From: Ascidiella aspersa
Taxonomy: Eukaryota
Reading direction: 5' to 3'
Length of the DNA: 64,000 nucleotides
Assembly (NCBI GenBank): GCA_963924565.1
Contig: OZ004610.1
Location: 17,174,001 to 17,238,000 of the forward strand
Made by a program: the position numbers and the translations under genes. Below the pieces are notes generated by a model. It ran no database searches. It was given only the letters and a program-made list of their open reading frames with translations, and had not been told where the DNA came from. Positions 24,345-37,495 of the stretch are shown piece by piece (within the stretch, counting starts at the first letter, position 1; the number at the start of each line of letters is the position of its first letter).

Positions 24345-27300
24345 ATGTTTTATGTTGTTTCAGGAATTCGCCTTTCAAAATCTGGAATTCTTGTTATTGT
24401 GGTTTGTTGTGGACTGTCACTGTTTTATTTTTCAACATTGTTCGAACCACAACCTGTAGTTGATATGAAGATGTTGTTAGTTGCTAGCATTGATTTTGCA
24501 GAAAGAGGTGGTGATCAGGTAGCTATACCATATTTCCATTTCTTTGAATAAATCCATATTAAATGGAATTAATAGTATTTGATTGCAAACTTATTCTTTA
24601 GGTTAGAAAGATAAGCGAATCAGGCAATTTGGGAAAGTCAAGCAAAGGCGAAACTCTGGAGGGAGCAGACAACCCTTTGACCAAAGGAGACATGATGTCT
24701 CATCGAGCCATTGTACAGTCGTTTAACATATCTTTTCCCAATATACAGGTAGGCAAGATTGAACTAAACCAGCTGTTCACGCTGTTGTTTATAATTTAGC
24801 AAACAGTTTTTTGTCTTATTTTTGAAAATCTTCTTGATATAGTATTACCAATACTGGGATATCTTAATGCACCAATATAATAACAATAGTGTAAAAATCT
24901 GTTTGGATACTATTTATTTTAGGTTGTCTCTGAAGAAAAAGACTCTTTAAAGGTGTCAGATGATGAAATTTTACCAGCTCCGTTATCAAATGCTGAAGTG
25001 GACAGATTGGTCCAAAACTCCTTTGAGGAAGTAAAAGTTTCTGATATTTTAGTATGGGTAGACCCCCTTGATGCTACACAAGAGTATACTGGTAAGTTTA
25101 CTTCATAATTCATATAAACATATTTTTTCTTTTCTTTTTTAACAGTTTTGTAAACGTATGCATGATATATACTTTTTTACAGCACCAAATACATACAGGT
25201 CTGAAATGCATAGATTTTAATAGATATAAAGGTACAGTTTCAAATCACTTGATCCTAATACCCTTTAAAGTTTACTAGATGTTTAAAACTGTCCTAAACA
25301 CTGAATGTAGAACTCCTAGGAACTTTGCAATGCTTGATTCCTGGATCTTATAAACACTTAAACTTGCTACATAAAAACAGGCTTTGACAAATCAACTCAT
25401 TGTGGAACAAACTATTCAGTTATGAACCAAGGTCCTATAAATGCCATAGGCCTAGGCCTCTTGGTGCACTTGTCCTGGTTTAACCTAAAAATATATATTT
25501 TTTTAAATAATTGGTTGAGTGTACCATGATACAAAGATGCATTAACTTCAAAACACTTTAGATAAGCAACAAATCCTTTTCAGTATTTGATTGATATTTG
25601 TTATTGCAGAGGGTCTGAATCAATATGTGACAACAATGGTGTGTGTTGCTGTTAAAGGAAAGCCTGTGATTGGAGTTATACACAAACCATTTGAACGGAA
25701 GACCTGTAAGTTTTTACTCTTAAATATTTAATTAAAGTAAAAAAATACCCCTGCTTCTTACAGTCTCATAAACAACACAGTTTTATTTGAAACACTGTAG
25801 CTTAATTGCGATCTCCTGAAATATTTTTTAAAGACTCATTATTGACAAGTTCAAGACTAAAGTCACAGAAACAAACATCTCAAAGTACCTATTTCTTGTA
25901 ACTCTTTCACTGAAATAAACATATATTTCCATATATCTCAAACATTGTGATCGGTAGGTTTAAGGAAAGTTTATTTTGCACTTTACAAAAAATTAAGAAA
26001 AGAATGTTCCTCCTGGTTCTTGCCCAGAGGGCAACAAATTCTTAGGGGTGTAAGCTGTAGTACAATATTCAAGTTTCATGGAGTGATTTGATTGATTACA
26101 ACTACAGTTAGTGTTGTCACATGCTTTAAATTAAAATTAGACATATGAAGTTAAGTAACTGCAAAATAATGCTTAATTATTTATTTCACGACTTTCGCTA
26201 CTATTCCTAATAGTTTTACTACTGTTTGGGGCTATGTTTAGTCCGAACATTCTGGAACAGTTGATGAAGATCCATGTTATGAACAGGGGTTTGACACCAG
26301 GCCAAGGTCCCTTCCCAAATTCGTTTTTTGCCAGCTTTAACAATGTAACTGTAAAAATTTTATTATTTTCTAGTTTTGTTTTATCCTGTTTTGTAGATTT
26401 TTTTTACATAGCTCTCTGCGCATACCATTGTATGTTTTTGTTTATCAAAAATGTACATACTGTACTGATATCGAAACTATAACGGCCTAACAAAATAATT
26501 TTTTGCTAACTTGCATAAACAATAAAACTTATCCCGCTTAGTATCTTTCAACATAATTTTAAGGGACAACAGGGTATCGCTGGGGGCTTTTGCGTTTGCT
26601 TGATTGTATTATGTTTTTGCAATATGGGTATTTTGTGTGTAATACCTTTTAAAACAAAAGGTAATTGCAATGCATAAATTATGGTGCTTCGCACAATTTT
26701 TTTATGTGGTTTCTATCAGGTCTGCGAAGTCAGACTTGCAACCCATGGAGTCGATTAGTTTTTCTGGAGTCGGACCAGTAAGACTATAGAAAACTACCTG
26801 AGTCGTGAGCCAAATTTCAAAAACTGATAAAGCTGAAAACTGTAAATAAAGATGGAAATAGCATGTGGTAGAATATTGCAACTATGTATAGTGGGGAAAG
26901 AATTACATGACACCACTATGAGTGTGTTGCTGAATATCCACCTTAATTTAGATACGTCAATGGGTTAAATATAGGCTGTAGAGTTGGAACTGGACTCTGG
27001 ACTCGACAAAATCGGCACAACTAACAGGAGTCGGATGGGTTGTTTTTAACCAACTCCGCAGCCCTGGTTTCTATGCAGCCTCACAGTTGTGGAGTCAATG
27101 GCCCTCACCGTGTTTGTAAAACTCATCATTAAGAAATGCTAATACATCGAGAACGAGCATGAACAAGAGTAATTTTTTGTTTGGCCAATTCACCAAGTCT
27201 CCCAATTAAAGATCAGCCTATTTAAACCAAATACATGGATTTTTTTCTTTTTTTAGCGCGCAAGGCACAGGAAAATTGCAAAATGGGTGCGGTAGATAAA

Positions 27301-28121
27301 AGGTTAAGAACCACTTTTATAGTAAATCAGTGGTCTAAACTAAACTGTTAATTACGTATTTGTTTTGTGTAGTGAAGATTAGTATTTTGGGGACCTAATT
27401 GTCTGTATAAATTGTTATACACATTTGAAAAATAAATACAATAATTTAAAATAACACTCTCCAATTTCCCCCCCTCTTGTGTTCAGATTGGTCTTGGGTT
27501 AACCATGGCACAAACATTGAAGATAAATCGGACAGAGACAGTGACAAGCATTCAGTAATTGTATCGCGCTCCCATAAGGGGGATGTTGAAAAAACAGCAA
27601 AGGAAGCATTTGGTGATGATGTTGAGATCATTGCGACAGGAGGGGCTGGTAAGTTTTCCAGCCTAATATGATGTATCTATTTGTTGTATCCATTACGTAT
27701 ATTGCCGTAACATTCGAAATAGTAGAAAGCTCTTTAAAGTAGTTGCTTAAAGCATGAATTGAAAGTAAAAACGAAAAATTTGGCAACCGTTGAAAGAATT
27801 TTCGATTTACTACGTTTTGTGTTTTTGGCTGTGAATATCCTAACCGATTCTAACGCTTCCTTTGTCATTCCCAACTGAGCAGGATACAAGAGTTTGGCGC
27901 TCATTAACGGTAAGGCGTCGGTCTACGTTCACACCACGTTGATCAAGAAGTGGGATATCTGTGCCGGTGACGCGATCTTGCGCTACGCCAAGGGTCATAT
28001 GACCACTCGTGCCGGCGAAGAGATCGACTATTCGACCGGGGCGGCGCCAAAGAACATGGGTGGCCTTGTGGCCGCCCTCCATAACCATGACGTATATGTT
28101 AAAAAACTAGGCGCACTGTGA
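24345..28121 (+). CDS. BPNT2: Golgi-resident PAP phosphatase / inositol monophosphatase 3 (IMPAD1), ~328 aa; start codon uncertain
   Basis: Exons 24345(or 24364)-24518, 24602-24748, 24923-25091, 25610-25705, 27487-27648, 27883-28121. GIRLS + N-terminal [52 protein letters not shown] and IKKWDICAG motifs. Alternative first exon 18159-18171 (MVPP-G). Confidence 0.93.
26717..27066. mobile_element. hAT-type MITE family A, copy 3
   Basis: Ends caggtctgcgaagtc / actccgcagccctg; perfect TSD gtttctat. Confidence 0.85.
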
Positions 28122-29098
28122 GGCAAAATAATTTGAAGGGCTACTACAGACTACTAACATACATGGAGGCTAATCGATTGGCGAGCTTTTATTATTCCAA
28201 CGCTTTGGTACAAATGACTGTCGTGTTCGACTTTAACCGGGAACACATTATTTATTTAAGATATTAAAGGAATATTTTGTTTATGGCTGAGCTAAGCTTT
28301 TTGCGTCGAGTGAGCTTTAGAGAAAAAGTTGTGTAATGTTTCCTGTTGGTACTATAGTTACTTATTGTGTTTATCTTTTTGAAGACATTTTTAAGTGTGC
28401 TTTTTAGTCAATACCTCCACATTTGCCCCCATTCTTAGGTCGCTAAAACATTAAAATGTCAATGTAATAAGATTGTATGTAAGTTTAAACCACATTTTAA
28501 TACTTAGATCATATATAGTGCTGTTAACGCAACATTCTTAGACATATTATTATTCATTGAAAGATACGATTGGTGCCTTATGTTAATATTCTTTTAGCTA
28601 CGGGTTCCGTCTATTGTTTAGCTTTTGGCGGTATGAATGAATTCGTATCAGCAGCTATGATGTAAAAATACACAACTGCAGCTATTATAACACGTCCTGT
28701 TGATAGTGTTGCAGCTATCAGAATTAAACAACACTGTACTTTTCATTAAACTTCGGTATATTAATTGTCCAGGTTTTCTAATGTTGCTGCACTTAATCTG
28801 TTACGCACTTTCTATAATTCGTATATATAAAACTTTTGTGTAGAGAACTTCGTTTTAAAAAGTTTGGTATGCTTATTTATGACTTTTTATGCTTGATAAC
28901 TATATTAAATAAAAGGAAACAACACGCACCATGATATAATTTATCCATTCTCTGAATAACTGTATGTCATACCCCCAAAAGACAGTTAAACATATTTAAA
29001 GTTATCTGCATTATAGCCAGAGTGGACAAAATATTTTCTACGGTGCACAAAAAATGTAGAACGAGCTTAGCCAACACTTCAAGTGGAGTTGCCTAGGT

Positions 29099-29512
29099 CC
29101 GTGCTCTTCAACCGGTGTGCACGGTGCACCCCTAGGGTCTACCCAAATAAGCATGGGGTACACCAGTACGGAAAGGTATACAAGGGTGCATCACAAACTT
29201 TTAATGAATCACTAATATTTCACATTCGGGATGCTATAAAAGAGATGTAGGTTTCAACTGATGTATAAAAAAAATGCTGTTTTATGACATGCAATAGAAC
29301 TCTTCAAGCCTGCACCCATAATCGATCTCTCCCCGACAGTGTGCAAAACTTCGGCAGCTCCGCTCGGTTTAATTGACATTATGATGTTAATATGCATAAT
29401 GATTTTTCATATCGCTTTTTACCTCAGTTCACCTTTTAAGTAAACAGGGTGCATGAGTTCATCAGAACAACTTTAAGGGTCCACCAAACCAAAAAAAGGT
29501 TGAAGAGCACTT
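29099..29512. mobile_element. hAT-type MITE
   Basis: TIR gtgctcttcaacc / ggttgaagagcac; 8-bp TSD gcctaggt. Confidence 0.8.
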
Positions 29513-30364
29513 GCCTAGGTTGTCGCCGTATAAGAAAAATTGACAGGAATAAAAAAAATGCAATATAAATCAAGAGCGAAAGCTAAGTCACCTTCAGGCT
29601 CGTTAATGAATAACAAAGCACTGATTCAGTAATATGATCTTGCCTTACCAAAATGACATTTGGCGACTATTCATACCGGCGTTTCGAAGATTACTCTTGC
29701 GACACTCGATAAAAACGACTTTTCAAGCAAGTAAATACTCAGTAACAATGTTTCCCAAACGGGAGCCACTTGGCCCCTAGGGGAATAATTTTTTCAAAAT
29801 TGTAAAATAAGGAAATTTGGAGTAGCCTAGAGAGGAAAAGTGAACAGACGGATGTTTTATTTTATTTATTTTTGTTTATACGTAATAAAAAGCTGGTTAA
29901 CTGTAGTAACTGATGTTGTAAAGCAGTGATGTACGGCCCGCCTAATGTTTTGATTCAATCTATCACTAATCCTTTTCAAGTCAGATAAAGCATTTTTAGG
30001 GAAAAAATCGTCAAAACGTGTAGATCGCGCAGTATTCGACGTTATCCCATAGGTTTTCTGTATTGGCGTCTACTGTCGCATCACAGGGGTGATTGTACAT
30101 TAGTTAAGCGTTGTTAATGTGTTGGTATGTGGAGCTTGTAGGGGTCGTATTATTATTTGTTGTAATTTAATCATGTGGCCCAATCGCTGACCTCTGCCAC
30201 CATAAACATTGCTCGTAAAGTAACACGAAGATGTTATTTGCATTCCGTTAACACGCCCCTGCTAAACGATGGCCAGGCGATGTGTACAAAAGCCAAACGA
30301 GGCTCAACGGGACTGATCCTAACTTAATCAGTTGAATGGTAACTGGAACTGACTGGAAAACCCA

Positions 30365-30554
30365 CCCAACTAAAATTAATGTAACGGACAGACTTCATTA
30401 TGCTGGACCGTTACTACCGTTTGGACCCAACTAAAATTAATGTAATGGACAGACTTTATTATGCTGGACCGTTACTACCGCACTATGGACTCATTCACTA
30501 TCAGTTTAGCCCTGCAAATGGTGACCACCGTTTAGCCCTGCAAATGGTGACCAC
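30365..30554. repeat. two adjacent tandem duplications (61-bp x2 and 26-bp x2)
   Basis: cccaactaaaattaatgtaa..gctggaccgttactaccg twice, then gtttagccctgcaaatggtgaccac twice. Confidence 0.85.
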
Positions 30555-30582
30555 GCGTTACGGAACGTCAATCCATATTCCT

Positions 30583-33017
30583 TATAGGCTCAAAAATTCA
30601 AAGTTCTTCTAGATACTCGCGATTAGTCTCAAATAAAAGAATATATTGTTGTTAACAAAAAACGTAATTAGGTCAAATCGATTAAATCAACTTATGACGT
30701 CATTAAAGGCCCTTTAAGAAAAATCCTGTTATTACGTAAAATTTGCACTAAGCAGCGCGCAGGCTAGTGAGAAGGACCTAGTATAGAAACTAACGCCTTC
30801 AAGTACAAAACATTAAATTGTTATATTAATAACACATGAAATGACGTCATTATGACGTCACTGGGTAAGTTATTTAATTAAACTAAAGAGAATTACGCAA
30901 TCAATTTAGTTAAATTTTGTTAACTTTTCAAAAAAAATTGAAGCACCACATGGATGTAATTAACAGTTGTCACTTATAGATTATCGTCCAAGGTTTCTTC
31001 TTGGACGACAACATTTCTGCAGGACATTCCCTTGCATTGACCGCATGCAAAAGTACATTGCAAATTATGCTTTCTGCACGTACATTTTACGGTTGTGCAT
31101 GTCGTTGTACAATTACATCGTATCACCTTAAGGAGGTTTTGTGGAGCTGCTCTTAAATCTGTCATAATAGGCTTTAAAGTTGCATTGATATTTTTCCATC
31201 CCCAGTCCTCTGGATTGAGGGCAAACTCTCGATCTTTCCACTTTTGAACCTGAAAGTACGTGCGCATGCTATGATATTTTATGGCAGCGGATGTAGGGGC
31301 AAATTTTGAGGTTCAACACACTTTGTCGAATTGCTAGCTCTCTTTAAGTAGAATTTTCTGTGTCTTAACTGGTCTAATATTTCATCGGTATCACCATTAT
31401 AAAGATGAGCAACTGATTTGCACCCGCTTTCAATCACATCGGTTTGAGACGATGCAGATGAATAGAACGTGGAGGCACAATCACGGAACCCTTTGTTTTT
31501 CGTAAATAGAGTCAACCCTTTCGGTTTTCCTATACCGAATAAAGGTGACGTCGTGTCGCATCCTAGTATTGCGTGTAGGAATAATATACTCTCTGAGATT
31601 TCTTTTCCGAGTTGACGCTTTACCAATGAGATATCCTAAGTTTTTGTGCTGGATTAATTACTTTTTGGAGCAGAAGTACAACTTGTAGGGACTATCCTCA
31701 TCTACCTCAACTTGATGAATTAAGAGTACTAGGAGATCTGTAGATCATCTCCAACTACAATTGTATTGGTTTCCTTAAATGACTGGACAGCGGTTTGAAC
31801 AATGAGGACATCAGCGTCTTCCGGATAAAAACCATGTAATTCTTTGTTTCTCCGTCATTCAACGGCCTCTAGTCAAGCGACCAGTTGATTTTAGGCTTCT
31901 CATAAGAACTTGTTCTATAACAAGATCGGCCAAAGTCCAGCCCAAACTTTATCATTTCTTCTGACCACGTGGAAACCATATTTAAATTTCGTATAAATGT
32001 CCGGATGAGTTTCAGGGAGTTGCGACAGCATTGTGTGAAAATATGTCTTCTAGGGCCTTAGAACAGTTCCACACATTAGTCGCCCAATGCACCCCATAAA
32101 ACTCATTTGTGCGTGAAATCCTCCTAACCGCAAAAACACTCACTCGTTTAAGTTTGCTTTGTGGGGGCTCTGCTTGAATAATCATCATGGCTTTCCAATA
32201 AAGCGGCTGGTCAAAACTTATAATTGGAATAACTTTGTGTCGCTCGGCATTTTTACATATAAACACTAACGTCGAATATATACAGGTTGGATCGCTTGAG
32301 TTTCTGTCAATCATAATTGGTGAGGATATTTCCGAAGACTTTCCTGGTTGTTCAATTGTGTTTGAAAACACGTTTTGCATGGTGCCACCCCATATAGCTG
32401 TTAGGGCCGTCTACATGTACAACAGCAAATGAATTAACTTGTCAGTTTTTTTGCACAAAAATGATAATTTTGAACATATCATTATTTGCTTTAGTCAATA
32501 TGACGTCATAATAGTATTCTATGTTCAGACACCTATAGGTAGGCTACAAACAACATTCGATAGGTGAACATATATTTCAAAAAAAGGCAATCTGGATAAT
32601 TTGGGCCTACAGCGGGAGACTATTGACCAAACCAAGTGTAATGCTGTTTCCAAATGTAAAGTTAAATTTCGAATTTTCCTGTTGTAATGGAACTGTTAGC
32701 TTAAAGCTTACAGTTGTGATGTCATTATGACGTCATATGCTCGTCTAATTGTTTTTATTTAATTGACTTTTTTGTTTGTTTGAACTTTACCTTTAATATG
32801 AGGCTAATCTCAAGGTGTTTGGACTATTATGAAATTTCAGTCTATATTGACATGCGTATAATTTTGACGTCATTATGACGTGTTAGACACTAAATTTTTC
32901 CGGGGACTTTTTTTTGGGAATTCCGGGGACCTTCTCCGATATGATTCAGCAAAAAACCTTCTGTTGCAATTAGTCCTAGGTTTGAGCCTTTTTTCACCTA
33001 GATTTACTGGCCTATTA
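30583..33017 (-). mobile_element. degenerate Academ (AcademX-type) DNA transposon
   Basis: Broken minus-strand frames: PIISFDQPLYWKA (transposase core), FLHAILGCDTTS.LFGIGK (XPG/H3TH-like nuclease), PEDWGW...IRCNCTTTC...CTCRKH...CTFACGQC (Cys-rich end). Right terminus reads taataggccagtaaatctaggtgaaaaaaggctcaaa on the minus strand; left end partly deleted (tataggctcaaa). Confidence 0.75.
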
Positions 33018-35483
33018 TGACGCTACAGACTCATTCGCTATCAGTTTAGCCCTGCAAGCTATCTAATTGCTTACCTCTGTCTCTCTATTTTTGTTAATTA
33101 TTTCTCACTTATGAATATGTTTGTTTTGCAATTTTTTGAGGATTAGTTGTTTTATTGCGTAATCTTTGAAATTTCCATTTTCACCTTTCCACACTAAAAT
33201 CCCCGATCCGCTTCGGTTTTATATGAACATTTTTCAGCCAAGGTTATTTGGGAGGTTCTGGGGCCCATTAAATTACCTAAAGTGACTATGCGGCACATTA
33301 TATTACAATCTGAAATCCCTGTTTTAAAAAGTATGTTTGGTCCATATTTGTATGTTGTGTCTTCACAATGCCAGCCATTTATTTAGTCTAGAGACGCATG
33401 GTCTGCTACCCGTGTACCGCAGAACTTTAATGTGGGTGCCACAAGTTCATCAGATTATTTTATCGTTGTACTTGCTACTACTATCTAATAGTCAGTAAAC
33501 GACAAGGCTAGTTTCTACGAGTTTTTGCCTTCAGTTCTTTAAATCAATAAGATGAATTTGAATTATGAGATTTTACGCAACAGCGTAAGCATGGAAGACT
33601 CACACAATAAGATTTGTCCTAAAGTCTTAACTTTTGAGTTTGTTAGTATTCTATGTCTGTCAATTGCCTGAGCACGACCATATCGTCACGGTCTGTAGGG
33701 CTCAATGTCATTAACCTAGAAGCAGCTAGAAGTGCTAGACAACACCAAAACACGTGTTAAATATTGAAAAATCTACTAAGTGATTACTTATTGATTGTGC
33801 ATAATGTTATGTAATCTTTTTAAATAAAAGCATGTTATTTGTCCGACTTCCAAGACAATTGACGTCGGTACGTGCAAAATCTGTTGTTCAAAATCGATGC
33901 TCGCCATCAGGAAAAACTCCACTTCAACATCCCAAAGGTTGTAACTTTAGGATTAAGCAAAAACATCGCAATTTTTGCTGAAAGTTTAGCTACACCAAGC
34001 TTTGTATATAACGAAGTTGTTTTAGGTAGTGTCATCTATAACCAGATTACTTCATAGAGGACAAATCTGTCTTTTGGTTAACACCAAACCAACCACTATA
34101 CAAACAGTTTTCTTTTAGTAGTTGCCATAGTAACTAGATATCAAACATCAAGGGCTTTATAAGAAGCAATATAGCAGAAAGCTTATTATTTTTCTAAGAC
34201 ACTGCAGTTAAAAATAAGCCCTATATGGTAACCCTGCCTAAGAGCCTAACCCTGCTAAAAAACTGCCATGAACACAATACTGTGCCCGTTATTTTGGAAT
34301 ACACTTCAACGCTTTTCAGCCGATACCTAGAAGGCAGAAGTGTTAATGATCAGATTCACTTTTAACTTCGTTTTTCAGCCGCACAAAAACACATTTGCTT
34401 ACTTTTAAAGTAGAATGCCCTGCTTTAACGCAGTCGTGTCAAATTTTAGGGCATTGTGACATAATACAAACGGTTAGTTGTAAACAACTAAGGATACAAC
34501 AGTTAAGACGCTAATTTGTGACACAAAATGGAAATGTTTGCAACCGTTAGGTTAGCGCTAGTGTTAATGATGTAATAATAATGTTAATGTTGTGATGTAA
34601 TAGTTTCTCTTTTTTAAGGTTATATAACATGCGCGTTAAATCATTTGGCGTGTCGTGAAAAATCAAGTTTCATGTCACTTTTGGCATGAAAAAAAATCTT
34701 GATGCGCCAAAATATTAGTAAAACTAGACGGGGGTGCGGTTGTTGTATATTTCGTCATGGGGTATTTTTCTGGGCATTATTTTCATGGGTGATTCAATAA
34801 TTGGGTCATTATAAATAGAGTTCTCTACCAGGTTAGTTTTTGTAGTATTACGTATTGTACTTTGGTTTATTCGTTTTACGCTTTACATTAAGTTGCACTT
34901 TCTCTTCTTGTTTCTGCAAGCAAAAATAAATATGGGCCGAAAATTTTCTACCTTCACTTCTGACGTAGATGCAAATATTTTTACAAAATAAAAATGCCTA
35001 TTGATTTAACCCCCCCCCCCCCCCCCCCCCCAAACCAAATAAAAAAAAACTTATTTCCCCCCTATTAATAAAAAAAATGCAATCCATTAAAAAATTATGT
35101 TTGATTCCCCCGAAACCAAAGATAAACGATAAACAAAACTAACATTCTCCACCCGGGAGTAAATATTTCATTAATAAAACAATATTCTTGAATTTTTTTT
35201 TCAAACGCCCATCAAAAAATGCTACCCCAACCCTTGGGCCAAAATCACAAAAATCTACAACCTTCTTCATCATCTTTTTTTTCTAAACTCAAATTAACTT
35301 TTTGTATTAATTTCCCACAAAAGCACCCGATTATTGGGTTGTTTAGGCCTGAAAAACAAACATGTGATTCGTAGTATCATTTTTATAGTTTACTAGCGGT
35401 TTGATTTACATAAATAGCATATTGGCGAACACTACAAAAGGGAGATATATTGCTAGATATTACTGTTGCTAGGTAGGCGTAGA

Positions 35484-36287
35484 CCAGATTGGAAACTTTG
35501 GATATTGCGCGGGGGAGATGTTTTGCAGCTGAAAAAATGCGCGGCTGAAAATAAAATTTCGACTTGAACTTGCGCGGCTGAAAATAAACCACCAGGCTAC
35601 CGAACGTTGTAAGTTGCGATATAATAATAAACTTACAGGTTTACAGCGTTCATGGAATGCTTGAAGCACTGAGCAATTTTTGGTTGGTGTGCGGGCGCAG
35701 CTAAATATTTAAAAAGTTGGATTGTGTAGCATTTAATGTGCAATATTACTCGATATTGCCTAATTTGGGGTCACTAAACACATGACCGTTGTCCACTGAT
35801 GCGTGACCAAAACGCCGAACTGTGCGTTTTTAGCGTTTCGCAGGGTATTCTATATGATGCATTATATTCTATACGTCTTATAGACTAGCGTTTAAATATG
35901 TTATGCAACTTCAGTATGCGGCCCGCCAATTTTTATTGTGCTTGTTGTGGCCCTTGTACATTTTAGTTGTGCAGGCCTGATTTAAGGTGACACATTTTTT
36001 TTTTTTGGTCATACACAAGTAATGAGTGAATAAATGTGACGTCAGTACAACAGGAGCCATACTAACGTTTCTGTTACGTTAATATACTTCTCGTAAATAG
36101 TAAAGTTAGTTAAAGCCCGTATTTATATTTTAGTAGTATTACTCATTTTTAGGTAATTTAGTTCCATACAGACGTTTGCGCGGCTGAAGTTTTGCGCGTT
36201 TGCTTGAGTCAGGTTTGCGCGGCTGAACACATTTTCTATAAAATGCGCGGCTGTGACCGCGGCTGAAGGCCAAACTTTCCAACGTGT
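35484..36287. mobile_element. non-autonomous DNA transposon with 8-bp TSD and GCGCGGCTGAA subterminal arrays
   Basis: Ends ccagattggaaactttgg / ccaaactttccaacgtgt; perfect TSD ggcgtaga (35476-35483, 36288-36295). Confidence 0.7.
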
Positions 36288-36659
36288 GGCGTAGAGAGCT
36301 TCAAATAACTTAACGTCACACTATTTTATTGCGAAAAAATAGGACCCGCTCATAATTTTAAACCTATAAACCAAAATTACATAATAAACATGAATTTTAA
36401 AGATGAAAGCCGAATATGTAAATTTTTAAAGGTTAACTTTATGAGTACCAGATTATAGACCCTCAAAACTTTTGAGGCACAATTAACAAAATCCGTTTTT
36501 AAATAAGAACAATGAACATGGTAAAAACAATTAAAAAAAAATTTTTGCGCAAAAACACTTAACTTAACCACTTGTTTGCGGTCTGTTTCGCGTGACAACA
36601 GCAAGTTTCTTAAAGTTTAAAACGTTATGACGTTTCCGGCCATTTTATGCCCCTTAAAC

Positions 36660-37040
36660 CAGGGCTGCGGAGTCGGACTCGGGACTCGGCGGAGTCGGTT
36701 TGTTTTGCCGGAGTCGGACTCGGGACTCTAGTAAGACCGCATAAGACTACCCAAGTCCCGAGTCCGACGTGCGCATGTGAGTATCAATTTTTTTAACTTT
36801 TAAGGTCGGAAAAATGTAAGTTGTAAAAGTGTAATAGCAAATGGTGAAATATGTTTAAACCATATAATGCGGGTGGATCAATTATGACACCAATTTGAGT
36901 GGATTGCAGAAAATCCACCTTAATTTAGTTGCGTAAATGGGTAAAAGACAGGCTGTAGAGTCGGAGCGGGAGTCGGACTCGGGTGTATTTTTTTGGCCGG
37001 AGTCTGACTCTGGTTGTTTTTAACCGACTCCGCAGCCCTG
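36660..37040. mobile_element. hAT-type MITE family A, copy 4
   Basis: Perfect TIR cagggctgcggagtcgg / ccgactccgcagccctg with internal ggagtcggactc repeats. Confidence 0.85.
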
Positions 37041-37495
37041 CCGGACACTAATAAATTGTATTTTTGTTTTAAAAATGATTTTCCTAAAATCCTAAGACTG
37101 CAATTGACATATTATTGTGACATTAAATTTGAAAAAATAATTTTTCAATTGAGAATCGTTTTTTAAACATTTAAACCAAAATAGACAAGTTTTTTACAAA
37201 GAGCTGCATGAGATACAAAGTTTACTTTTGTAAATCTTTTAGAATTGCACAACGATTCCATTAAAACGAGCTAAATCATACTCGGGCCACAACGTTATAC
37301 AATGTTAGCTTTTGGTGTAGAATCCATAACATACCGTAGCTACTACATACCGTAGTACGGGTTTTTAGAGTAACATGATACATTTCAAAGAATGGGTTAT
37401 ATTGTGGTTTGCCTAATGCATTAATGAATAAAAATACACAAATCTATAGGCTTATAAAAACATAATGCAGTTTTCGTAATTGCAGATAACAGCCG

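Noticed and set aside
30365-30554. CRISPR-like repeat array
   Set aside because: Simple two-copy tandem duplications without unique spacers; eukaryotic context and no cas genes.
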